This document shows positions 54,062 to 62,778 of a stretch of 64,000 nt of DNA, piece after piece (within the stretch, counting starts at the first letter, position 1; each line of letters begins with the position of its first letter). Origin of the DNA: Bacteriovorax sp. (GTDB lineage: Bacteria > Bdellovibrionota > Bacteriovoracia > Bacteriovoracales > Bacteriovoracaceae); NCBI GenBank assembly GCA_018060625.1, contig JAGOVS010000004.1, forward strand, positions 636-64,635. The letters run 5' to 3'. The translations under genes and the position numbers were made by a program. The notes beneath the pieces were generated by a model. That model searched no databases, was not told where the DNA came from, and worked only from the letters and a program-made list of their open reading frames with translations.

Positions 54062-55393
54062 TTAAAGATAATGCTGAGGGAAATGGTAGAGATTAGGGTT
54101 TTTCTCGATGAATTGTTCTAGTCCATCTTTTAGATCGGTATTCGTAATCTTATGGTGGCTTTTTTGAATAAGCAAATATTCAGTGTGCTTTTCTAAGTAA
54201 GTAATTAATAAATTTTGAAAAAAAGGTACCAGATGATCTTTTTTTAATTTGGATTGAAGGATTCGTGCACTTTTAGAGTTGATGTATTGGACAAGTTTAT
54301 TTTGGTGCGTGGGATACCTAAAGACTAATTCGGCCTTGTGATGAAGTGAACGAAGTGGATAAATCACATATTGTTCAGGAATGACGTGATTCATGACTAT
54401 AAAGTCGTGATTAAAATCAAGGGCCGCTAGTTGTGTGACTTCAGATAAGGACAATTCGTTAAATTCACAAAGCTTTTGAATGATTTCTGTTTGTAATGAA
54501 TCAGCAATCTTTGAGAAATAAGTAGAAAGCTCAATTAATCCTTGAAAGAAAGGACCAATTATTTTTATAGTTAAAATCTCATAAGGAATTGTTCTTATTT
54601 TTTCAATGATATAATTTTTTTCATGATGATTTGCATGAATTGCAAATGAAAATAAAACAAGTCCTTCTGCCCCTTTGAGTGTAATAAGGATGGGTGTTTT
54701 AATGCTTTCAATCTGCTTAATTATCTCCTGAATATCAATTTCTTTTTTGTGATTAATGCGATCAAGTTCAAATTTATTTTTTGGGTAATAGAGACTATTC
54801 ACTTTATGAATTTTTTTATGGATAAAAATATGGAGATATTTTAATAAAAGTTCTGCTGCCGCAAATGCATCATCAAGTGCTCGATGGGCCTTTTGATGTT
54901 TAAGATTAAAAATCTTGCTCATGTAATGCAGATTTGAGCTAAGTAAGTTGGGGATCATGTATTTTGTCATAAGGTTGGTACAAATGGCCTGATTTTTTAA
55001 TTCTTCCCTGCCAAGTCGCCGAAGCACCGAATTAAAAAAGGGAACATCAAATGAAGTATTATGAGCGACGAGAATGGAGTTTCCCATAAATTCGAGGATC
55101 TCATCAATGACTTCTTCAATCACTGGTGCATCGGAGACATCTGTTTCTTTGATACTCGTTAACTTTTGGATAAAGTCAGGTATTTGCATTTCAGGTTTTA
55201 TGAGAAAACTTTTGTGGTCAATTATTTTAAGTTTTTCAATTTTGACGAGGCCGATTTCAATGATTTTATCACTTAGATGATTTCCTCCTGTTGTTTCAAG
55301 GTCAAAGACGCAAAAAGAGAGATCATGGAGAAGCTTATAAGAGGTATTCGTAGTCATAAAAATCCTTTTGTCGAACATTCGTTCGATAATCAT
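54062..55393 (-). CDS. DnaQ-like DEDDh 3'-5' exonuclease fused to an uncharacterised C-terminal domain
   Basis: Exo motifs FCVFDLETTGG, LVAHNTSFDVPFF and HRALDDAFAAA in the first ~190 aa. The remaining ~250 aa are unassigned. Confidence 0.7.
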   Translation of the reverse strand: MIIERMFDKRIFMTTNTSYKLLHDLSFCVFDLETTGGNHLSDKIIEIGLVKIEKLKIIDHKSFLIKPEMQIPDFIQKLTSIKETDVSDAPVIEEVIDEILEFMGNSILVAHNTSFDVPFFNSVLRRLGREELKNQAICTNLMTKYMIPNLLSSNLHYMSKIFNLKHQKAHRALDDAFAAAELLLKYLHIFIHKKIHKVNSLYYPKNKFELDRINHKKEIDIQEIIKQIESIKTPILITLKGAEGLVLFSFAIHANHHEKNYIIEKIRTIPYEILTIKIIGPFFQGLIELSTYFSKIADSLQTEIIQKLCEFNELSLSEVTQLAALDFNHDFIVMNHVIPEQYVIYPLRSLHHKAELVFRYPTHQNKLVQYINSKSARILQSKLKKDHLVPFFQNLLITYLEKHTEYLLIQKSHHKITNTDLKDGLEQFIEKNPNLYHFPQHYL

Positions 55394-55435
55394 AGATTCT
55401 TAAGTTTACTCTTTTAAAAAATGCACATCAAGAAG

Positions 55436-55464
55436 AAAAATCGGCCATTTAAAATGACCGATTT
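55436..55464 (-). terminator. Rho-independent terminator downstream of the SLT gene
   Basis: AAATCGG (55438-55444) pairs with CCGATTT (55458-55464). On the minus strand the stem runs into a T-tract (the flanking A5 at 55436-55440 on the plus strand). Confidence 0.5.
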
Positions 55465-55474
55465 AATTTATTGC

Positions 55475-56818
55475 TTACTCTTTTATGCCGCTAGAAGTTT
55501 GGCGATATTCAGGAACTCCAGAAGTCGTGCAAGGTGCTTGTTCTAGAGATTTTGCAATTGATTCTGCTGGAAGGGTAACGTGTTGGATAACTTTGGCGAC
55601 ATGCCTTTGGACGATACAACTTTTAAACCAACTTTGAGTTAATTTATTCCCTTCTTTTTTAAAGAAAAACCATCTCCTAGAAACTGGGCGATCTCCATCC
55701 ATATTAGTAAAGGTTATGTTATCTGTTCCTTTTTTATATTTTCCTCCCCAGTGTAGTGCTTCAATTAAATCTAGTGGACTCATATCTGGTAAATTTGTGC
55801 TCTTGGCCTGGTAGTAATGGCCGACGAGTTTTGCCTCAACTGGACCAGCATTATACATTGCAACAGCTAGCAACCAACCAGTGTGAAGAGGATAGTATTT
55901 GGAAGTATAAACATTTTGACATGCACGCTGGAAAGTATCACCAGGAGAATACATTTCTGCCATTTTTAATTTCTCTGGTACAAATTCATCAAACAGGCTT
56001 TTTAACGTTTCTGCTTTAAACTTTATAGAGAGTGAGACGTCCTGACAGTTATTAACAAAAGAGTTTACAGCACTAAATCTCTTTGACTGAAGCCCTCTAT
56101 TGCCTGATGGAAAAGATCCTTGAACTTGATCCTGAGAAATTCCTCTAAAATCATCTGAGGTTAATTGATACTTGGCCCGTGCCCCGAGGTTTTTAAAAGC
56201 TATATCATAAAATGGCTTTACGATATCAGTAGGTAAAACGTCTGGAGAGCATTCTATTTCTAGTGGCCAGCCATACTTCATTTTCTCATCATTTGATAAA
56301 TTGTTCATACTTTGACACCATTCTTGGATATTGAGTTGTGATATCCCACAAGAAAAGTTGCCTCCATCTGGAGAAATCCCTATTGAGGCCATGAGAGATT
56401 CTTGTTTCATTGCCCCGATAAGTACTTGAGGGGGAATGCCGTACTTTGAACTTGCGTCTAAAATGGCCGTCAGTTTTTCTTTAACATTCTCCCCACTATT
56501 AACGGCCATCCACGCTAACTCAATTGTGTTGGGAGTAAAACTTCCTGGTTTGATGTTTTCTCGTCTAAGAACTTCTTTATTTCGGCATAATTTTAAATCT
56601 GCAGATTTGTTATTTCTCCATTCAAGGATCATCTCTTTGGTCATATCAGATGGGAAGTCAGTATAGGGATTTTCAACATTACTTAAATCGGGACAATTTA
56701 ATCCTCTTGGAAGAAGCTCCTCTGGACAAAGAACAGCTGGATTTTCCCATGATGTTTCTGCTAAAAGAAGGGGGGAGCTTAAAGAAAGCGCAAGCGCCAA
56801 TGATACAAGTTTTTTCAT
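55475..56818 (-). CDS. Exported lytic transglycosylase (SLT domain)
   Basis: Signal peptide MKKLVSLALALSLSSPLLLA. SLT motifs AMKQESLMAS (catalytic E-S), GISQLN and AMYNAGP. Confidence 0.7.
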   Translation of the reverse strand: MKKLVSLALALSLSSPLLLAETSWENPAVLCPEELLPRGLNCPDLSNVENPYTDFPSDMTKEMILEWRNNKSADLKLCRNKEVLRRENIKPGSFTPNTIELAWMAVNSGENVKEKLTAILDASSKYGIPPQVLIGAMKQESLMASIGISPDGGNFSCGISQLNIQEWCQSMNNLSNDEKMKYGWPLEIECSPDVLPTDIVKPFYDIAFKNLGARAKYQLTSDDFRGISQDQVQGSFPSGNRGLQSKRFSAVNSFVNNCQDVSLSIKFKAETLKSLFDEFVPEKLKMAEMYSPGDTFQRACQNVYTSKYYPLHTGWLLAVAMYNAGPVEAKLVGHYYQAKSTNLPDMSPLDLIEALHWGGKYKKGTDNITFTNMDGDRPVSRRWFFFKKEGNKLTQSWFKSCIVQRHVAKVIQHVTLPAESIAKSLEQAPCTTSGVPEYRQTSSGIKE

Positions 56819-57002
56819 GATACCTATCTCTGATTAAAAGCATTGGTTAATAAGGTTAGAGAAAAATACAAAAATAAAAACTCATCGAATAGGTACTTGA
56901 AAAAAATACATTACAGGCATTATTAAAGTTTTTAATCGACTTTTTTCTTAATAAAATAGGGGTTTAAGACGATGCAGTTAAGGTTATAGGACCTTTATAA
57001 GG

Positions 57003-58433
57003 ATGAAAAACATGCGATTATTCTATTCTCTCGTTCTCTGTCTATTTTTCAGCGCTTGCGCTGCGCCAAAGTTGAAAAATGCTGCTCCCGTAGAGGTCAA
57101 ACGAATCCCGAGTTCGTCAGTAGATGAAGAAAATTTAAATACCAGTTTTGATTTATTGATGAGTTCAGAAGACCCAGAAAAGGAGTATTTCAATTATTTG
57201 AATCGACTTAAGAGTATATTTTTAAGAGCAGAAGCTCAACTTGTTGAATTTGATGCTGAAGTTGATAAAGCCTTGGCCAATTCAAGCGCGGTCAACTTTG
57301 AAGAGTCAAAGAGTTATAAAAAATTACTTGTTATGCGGGCACTCGGGCATAGACTAGAGGATAAAATAATTTTTCATTATGTGAAACTAACCGAGGTTGC
57401 TTATAACAAATCACTTCCAGTTGAGAAAAGAAAATTGGCAAAAACAATTCTAAAAAATTTCAAGAAAAAACTTGATTCGAAAGATTTTATTGAAAAAATC
57501 ACTTTTGACGAACTTAAATCTCATATTGCCCTGACCATTAGAGAGCGTAGGGGAATGATGAATAAATCTTTTACGGCAGAGGTTGTTCCTGCAAAAAACT
57601 TCATCAATGACCAAGAAAAATTAAAAGTTTTGCGGAATTATAGAGAAAAATTAAGAGTTATGGGTAAAAAAGAGCAAGTTGAAGATGATGAACTTAGTCA
57701 AAAAATTGAAAAAGAGACAAATGAACTGCAATTTTCTGATGACTCGGGAAGAGCTCCTCAAAGTGAATTAAAATATTTTCCGAGCACAGGAACAAATGGG
57801 AATATAATGGGCCTCGTTTTTCCCAAAAATGTTTGGGCCTTAACTTTTGATGATGGACCAAATCCAGTTCATACACCCGCCATTATTAAAAACCTTGAAT
57901 CTTTAGAGATTAAAGCTACTTTCTTTTGGCTTGCCCAAAATGTAATTCGTTATCAAGGAGTCGTAGATCTTGTCAAAGAAAAGGAGATGGCCCTTGCTAA
58001 CCATTCTTGGTCTCATCCTCAATTACCTAAACTTGGCGAAGATGATTTAAAAAAAGAGGTCATTAAATCTACAGAAGTGGAGTCCATTGCTTATGGGGAA
58101 CAAGTAAAATATTTTAGATGTCCTTATGGAGCAGGGAATTCCGTGCTCCGAATTAGACAAATGATTGCTGATTTGGGAATGATACATGTTTTTTGGAATG
58201 TAGATACATTAGATTGGCAAGATAAAGATCCGGACTCTATCCTAGAGAGAACAAAAAAACAGATGAAGGCCAACGGTCGTGGTGTTGTTTTATTTCACGA
58301 TATCCATCCTCAATCCGTGATTGCCTCAAAAAAATTAGTAGAATGGAGTAAGTCAATAGAGGATAGTGAGAACCAAATTCGTTGGGTAACTATTCCTGAA
58401 ATTGTTAAAGAACTAAATGGAGAAAAAGAATAA
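57003..58433 (+). CDS. Lipoprotein polysaccharide/peptidoglycan deacetylase (NodB homology domain)
   Basis: Lipobox FFSAC. All five NodB motifs are present: TFDDGP, HSWSHP, FRCPYG, NVDTLDW and VLFHD. A ~260-aa helical N-terminal region precedes the domain. Confidence 0.8.
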   Translation: MKNMRLFYSLVLCLFFSACAAPKLKNAAPVEVKRIPSSSVDEENLNTSFDLLMSSEDPEKEYFNYLNRLKSIFLRAEAQLVEFDAEVDKALANSSAVNFEESKSYKKLLVMRALGHRLEDKIIFHYVKLTEVAYNKSLPVEKRKLAKTILKNFKKKLDSKDFIEKITFDELKSHIALTIRERRGMMNKSFTAEVVPAKNFINDQEKLKVLRNYREKLRVMGKKEQVEDDELSQKIEKETNELQFSDDSGRAPQSELKYFPSTGTNGNIMGLVFPKNVWALTFDDGPNPVHTPAIIKNLESLEIKATFFWLAQNVIRYQGVVDLVKEKEMALANHSWSHPQLPKLGEDDLKKEVIKSTEVESIAYGEQVKYFRCPYGAGNSVLRIRQMIADLGMIHVFWNVDTLDWQDKDPDSILERTKKQMKANGRGVVLFHDIHPQSVIASKKLVEWSKSIEDSENQIRWVTIPEIVKELNGEKE

Positions 58434-58456
58434 AAAACGTAATATGGATTTTTTGT

Positions 58457-58876
58457 TTGGCATTGATATCTTGTCTTAATAAAAATTCGGCCATTAGTTC
58501 GCTTGAGAGAGTTAAGAAATTAGATGATGCCGCTCATTTCTTAATGCTCGTCTCAGATCAGCGAGCAGGACTTACCGAAAATTGTTCATTATCTTCTGGA
58601 GAGGCCCTTCGATTATTGCAACCCCTTCATGCCCAAATTGATGATGAGTTAAAAAATGTCTCTGGCAAGATAGGGGAAAATCTTTTGGATAATTGCAGTG
58701 AAGATTGTCATTGCGGATTATATGCAGATGCAACTCAGAACGAAATCCTTAAAAATAAATTTTATCTTAAAGCAAAGAATCTTACTAAAGAAAAACACCT
58801 AAGTTGCGTGATAAGAACATCAAAGTGGATCTGTCAAGATCCTTTATTGAAGGAATTAAAAGCTCAAGAATTCTAA
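58457..58876 (+). CDS. Small Cys-rich protein, probably a lipoprotein whose signal peptide is out of frame
   Basis: The ORF track starts at TTG 58457 (MALISC...). The same frame is open upstream from 58409 and reads ...KNVIWIFCLALISC without a start codon. ATG 58417 is one frame off. Seven Cys in 139 aa. Confidence 0.5.
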   Translation: MALISCLNKNSAISSLERVKKLDDAAHFLMLVSDQRAGLTENCSLSSGEALRLLQPLHAQIDDELKNVSGKIGENLLDNCSEDCHCGLYADATQNEILKNKFYLKAKNLTKEKHLSCVIRTSKWICQDPLLKELKAQEF

Positions 58877-59036
58877 AACCATTTTCCTTATTTTAACAAT
58901 TCACAATTTTTTTTCTTCTAAAAAAAAAGATCAATTTGTAATTTTTACAATTGCAATGTCCATGACTTGCTAGAGTGTTTTTGTTAAAGGTACACAACGT
59001 CAATCAGATAAGCAGTTATATCCTCAGGAGATATGA

Positions 59037-60503
59037 ATGAACAAAATGTTATTCCCTTTAATTCTTTTAACGAGCGTGATCAATTCAACACATGGCCAGG
59101 TCAGTGAACAAGTAGGTGAGCAAGGAATTGTGCAAGCTATACCTCAAGAAAATGCAGGACCAAATCCTGCTGATCAAGCTTTGAATCAACCTACTTTTAA
59201 TGATCAAATTGACTACTTTATTTCTACAAATGGAATTAGAGTTAGAGCGACTCCTGATTTGACAGGTAAAGTTTTAGGGATGTTGGGCTTAAATGATAAA
59301 GTCAAAGTGATTAATCCAACGATCATTTATAATCAAAAATATGTCGAAATAAAAATTGTTAGTACTTATGATAAAATTACACCTTCTGATCGCTACTTCA
59401 TAAGTATCGATGTTCTTTCCGCCGTAAAAGTTGATTATAAAGAGTTTGTAGGGAAATACTTTGTTGTTGTTAACGTAGCAACAGAGACTCTTCGTTTGTA
59501 TGAAAGAGTGTGCCCTGATAATTCTTGTCCAAATAAAATGCTTATAGAAACTGAAGTTGTTGTTGGCGAAGATCGCAATCATCCAAAAGATGAGGATGGA
59601 AAAGGGCGAAGTCTCTTGGGAAGTTATAGAGTAACAGGTTGGACAAAGTTTTATCAAGACCCAGAAGGGCATTATCCTGCTTGGTATCGCGATGGCTCTC
59701 CTGATCTTCCTAAACCAAATTCTGATTTTGGTGAATGGTTTGAGAAAAAAATCATGCCTTATAATGAATATGGTAAGCGCGAAGGAAAAATGCGAGGGGC
59801 CTTTGGGTGGTATACTGCTTTTGTTGAGCCGAAAGCCTACGGGCAGTGGACACATGGAACAGTTGGCTGGGGAGAGGATAAAGATATTTTCGTTAAAAAA
59901 GTAAAAAAGCCTTTGATCAATGTGGTGTCTAATCCTAGAAGTTCAGGATGCACACGAAATAATAATGAAGCGATTGCATTTATTCGAAGCTTAATTGAAA
60001 TAGGTGCCCCAATTGTTAAGATTTATGCACAAGAAGAAATTTTAGATCCAACCTACAGTGATTATCCAGAGCTAGTTAAAGAATGGAATTATGTTCTAAC
60101 TAAAACAAAGAATCATGCAATTGAGCGAGACGTTGTACTAAAATCCTTAGGGATTACTGATAGTGACCTAGATACATATTGGGGAGCTAAACGGGCAGGA
60201 GGAGAATTAATTCTTGATCCCAAAAGCCCATTGAATCAAATTCTTGAAGTCGGAAGTTATAGTGTGGACGTTCACCCAGATATTATTGAGTTTACTCCAG
60301 GAGAGAAATTGGGACGCTTTAGTAGAAAAATTGGCCGCAAGGGGAATGTCTATGGGATTAAGTCTAAAGATATGCACGGAGTTTTTTATGCCGATGCCGG
60401 AATGCTTGATGGATATGCACATCCTGATTCAGTTGTAGAGGCCAGTGGATTTAAGGATGAGGTGACTCCTCCTTGGATGAAGCTTTCAAATTTAAAAAAA
60501 TAA
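59037..60503 (+). CDS. Exported SH3b plus YkuD-type L,D-transpeptidase-like protein
   Basis: A signal peptide is present. SH3b-like GIRVRATPDLTGKVLGMLGLNDKVKVI. YkuD catalytic pattern WTHGTVGWG...NPRSSGCTRNNNEAIAFI (His, then S-x-G-C-x-R). Confidence 0.6.
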   Translation: MNKMLFPLILLTSVINSTHGQVSEQVGEQGIVQAIPQENAGPNPADQALNQPTFNDQIDYFISTNGIRVRATPDLTGKVLGMLGLNDKVKVINPTIIYNQKYVEIKIVSTYDKITPSDRYFISIDVLSAVKVDYKEFVGKYFVVVNVATETLRLYERVCPDNSCPNKMLIETEVVVGEDRNHPKDEDGKGRSLLGSYRVTGWTKFYQDPEGHYPAWYRDGSPDLPKPNSDFGEWFEKKIMPYNEYGKREGKMRGAFGWYTAFVEPKAYGQWTHGTVGWGEDKDIFVKKVKKPLINVVSNPRSSGCTRNNNEAIAFIRSLIEIGAPIVKIYAQEEILDPTYSDYPELVKEWNYVLTKTKNHAIERDVVLKSLGITDSDLDTYWGAKRAGGELILDPKSPLNQILEVGSYSVDVHPDIIEFTPGEKLGRFSRKIGRKGNVYGIKSKDMHGVFYADAGMLDGYAHPDSVVEASGFKDEVTPPWMKLSNLKK

Positions 60504-60539
60504 GTTCTAAATCTGTTAATCTAAATACAATGAGGAAAC

Positions 60540-61838
60540 ATGAAAAAAACGAATAACATCCTTTTAAGTTCACTTTTACTTTTCTCCTTCAGTGTTACAG
60601 CAAGCGAAAAAACAGATAAGATATGGAAGCAAGAAATAAAAAAACAGGCCCTCGATTTAAGTAATCAATCTTATTGTTATACAAACGAAGAAGGTAAGGT
60701 TGAAGGTGACAATGTTGACATGCGTGTTCGTTTAGCATCCGTTTCAAAACTTTTGACCTCATTATGGGCGGTTGAAAAATTAGGTGTTGACTATACGTAT
60801 GACCTAAAACTTTTCATTAAAGGTAATCATTTACATATTCAAGGAAGTTATGATCCATTTTTAGGAAATGAGAAGATGTTTTATCTTATCTCTCAACTCA
60901 ACGAGTTGGGGTATGAAAGATTTGATTCAATTACATTTGATAAAAACCTTAAAATTTTTCCGGATGCGCAACTTGGAGTAAGTGAATACCCAGTGCTGAA
61001 TTTGGCATGGAATGCAAAATACGTTACAAGTTATTTTAATACTGAAACTTGGTCAAAGTATAGAAAATCGGAATACCGTGAAGTTGCTAATCTTGCAAGA
61101 GAAGGTCGATTTCTAAGAGACATCAATTTTTCAGTAGGGGAAGTTAAATCGGTTGAGGCAAACCCTTACCTAAATGATCCAACTGCAAAAGTTTTAACAT
61201 TGTCCTCTCCACCTCTTTATAGATACCTAAAAGAGTTGAATGTGAAATCTAATAATTATGCAGCTGAAACAATTTTTCGCCACCTGGGTGGGGTTTCTAA
61301 GTTTGAGCAATTTTTAAAAGATCGATTTAAGCTGACTTCCGATCAGATTTATTTTTATTCAGGAAGTGGACTGCCTGATGTAATTGATGGAAAGAGAAAA
61401 GATAATTATGGAACATGCTCAATTGTATTAAATCTTATCTCTCAACTAAAAGCATCAGTAGAAAAGCAGAACAAAGAGATTGAAGATGTCGTTGCTGTTC
61501 CAGGAAACGACAAAGGAACCTTTAAACATAGAATATTCTCTGAAGATTATCGCAATTCTTTTGTCGCGAAAACTGGAACACTGTATCATACATCGGCCCT
61601 TGCTGGAGCGATGAATACACGTAACGGCTTCAGCTATTTTGGCATTTTTAACCAATCAGAAGATATTTCTGGTTCAAAAGGTGTACAAAATTCAATGGTA
61701 AGAGCAATTATGACGGATATGGGTGGGCCAATGGCCTTTAATTATGAGGTTAGTGTTTTTCATACCTATGCCCCAGAAACATTAAAAGATTTTGATTATT
61801 CTGACGATTTCTCTACAATTGAGGGAGGACTTTTTTAG
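60540..61838 (+). CDS. dacB: PBP4/DacB-family D-alanyl-D-alanine carboxypeptidase/endopeptidase (S13)
   Basis: A signal peptide is present. SxxK in LASVSKLLTS, YSGSGLP (compare DGSGLS) and KTGTL. Confidence 0.8.
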   Translation: MKKTNNILLSSLLLFSFSVTASEKTDKIWKQEIKKQALDLSNQSYCYTNEEGKVEGDNVDMRVRLASVSKLLTSLWAVEKLGVDYTYDLKLFIKGNHLHIQGSYDPFLGNEKMFYLISQLNELGYERFDSITFDKNLKIFPDAQLGVSEYPVLNLAWNAKYVTSYFNTETWSKYRKSEYREVANLAREGRFLRDINFSVGEVKSVEANPYLNDPTAKVLTLSSPPLYRYLKELNVKSNNYAAETIFRHLGGVSKFEQFLKDRFKLTSDQIYFYSGSGLPDVIDGKRKDNYGTCSIVLNLISQLKASVEKQNKEIEDVVAVPGNDKGTFKHRIFSEDYRNSFVAKTGTLYHTSALAGAMNTRNGFSYFGIFNQSEDISGSKGVQNSMVRAIMTDMGGPMAFNYEVSVFHTYAPETLKDFDYSDDFSTIEGGLF

Positions 61839-61860
61839 TATTTTGTTATAAAAATATCTA

Positions 61861-62658
61861 ATGAATTTTAGAAACTTAAATCTAAAACAAGGCCGACCTA
61901 CTCTATTGGTCGGCCTTGTTTTTTTTACCATAGCACACTCCATATTCTTTAGCGCTTTTGCGCAAAGTGATTTGGCGATAGATCAATACCTTGAAGCAGA
62001 GAAATTTAACTTTGCAGAAGCGCCAATTGCAGAATTAGGAGAACCTATCGTTCTATGGGCCACTAATTACCATTTGCCAGAAATTATTAATGGGACAGGC
62101 GATGTTCCTTTGCGAGACATAAGTGGTGTGGAGCTGGGGCCAACGTTAACATTGGCCGATTGGTGCAAAAGTGCCCTTGAGGGATCAGTTCGTATTATCT
62201 TTAATGATGGAAATATTGAGACATATAATTATCACACAACAAGTGAGTATTTTCCCAACGACTGCTCTGCGTATTATGCGTTTAAATTAGGCAAGACAAA
62301 ATTTAGAAAGGCCCGCGGTCCTTTTGGTGATGGAGTTGGCGATTTTCGTTTGGCACCTTACCGGACGGTGGCCACAGATCCTACACTGATACCAACCGGC
62401 TCAGTTCTTTTTATCCCAGAGGCCAGAGGTGTATTAATCAATTTACCAAGTGGTCAGTCAATTGTTCATGATGGGTATTTCTTTGCTGGAGATGTTGGTG
62501 GTGCCATAAAATTAAATCATATAGATGTATTTATTGGTACACACACAGATTCTTCGTTTTTTCCCTGGATAGGCAATATGAAAACAAAGACTTTTAATGC
62601 CTTTCTGGTTAAGGATCAAGTCATCATTGATTCTTTGACACAACTTCATCTTAAATAG
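61861..62658 (+). CDS. Exported MltA-like lytic transglycosylase (3D domain)
   Basis: Signal peptide ...LLVGLVFFTIAHSIFFSAFA-QSD. RTVATDPTLIPTGSVLFIPE and FFAGDVGGAIKLNHIDVFIGT match the MltA/3D-domain patterns. No Shine-Dalgarno precedes ATG 61861. Confidence 0.65.
   Translation: MNFRNLNLKQGRPTLLVGLVFFTIAHSIFFSAFAQSDLAIDQYLEAEKFNFAEAPIAELGEPIVLWATNYHLPEIINGTGDVPLRDISGVELGPTLTLADWCKSALEGSVRIIFNDGNIETYNYHTTSEYFPNDCSAYYAFKLGKTKFRKARGPFGDGVGDFRLAPYRTVATDPTLIPTGSVLFIPEARGVLINLPSGQSIVHDGYFFAGDVGGAIKLNHIDVFIGTHTDSSFFPWIGNMKTKTFNAFLVKDQVIIDSLTQLHLK
61884..61926 (+). terminator. Strong rho-independent terminator 46 nt after dacB, inside the next ORF
   Basis: AAAACAAGGCCGACC (61884-61898) pairs perfectly with GGTCGGCCTTGTTTT (61908-61922), leaving a 9-nt loop. 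The T run extends to 61926 (T8). Confidence 0.75.
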
Positions 62659-62778
62659 TTAAAAATTATCTTTCTCTCCAAAAAATCAATGCCATGGTTC
62701 GCATTGAAGGCAACGATTCTTCCCTGTATTTCTATTGGCACTAGAAGGAATTGGTCCAATTCAGAGAAGGAGGGATTT

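Noticed and set aside
59289-59855. 188-aa minus-strand ORF inside the L,D-transpeptidase gene
   Set aside because: It lies entirely antisense to a gene with clear SH3b and YkuD motifs. Its translation is low-complexity and Ile/Phe/Asn-rich, typical of chance ORFs in AT-rich DNA.
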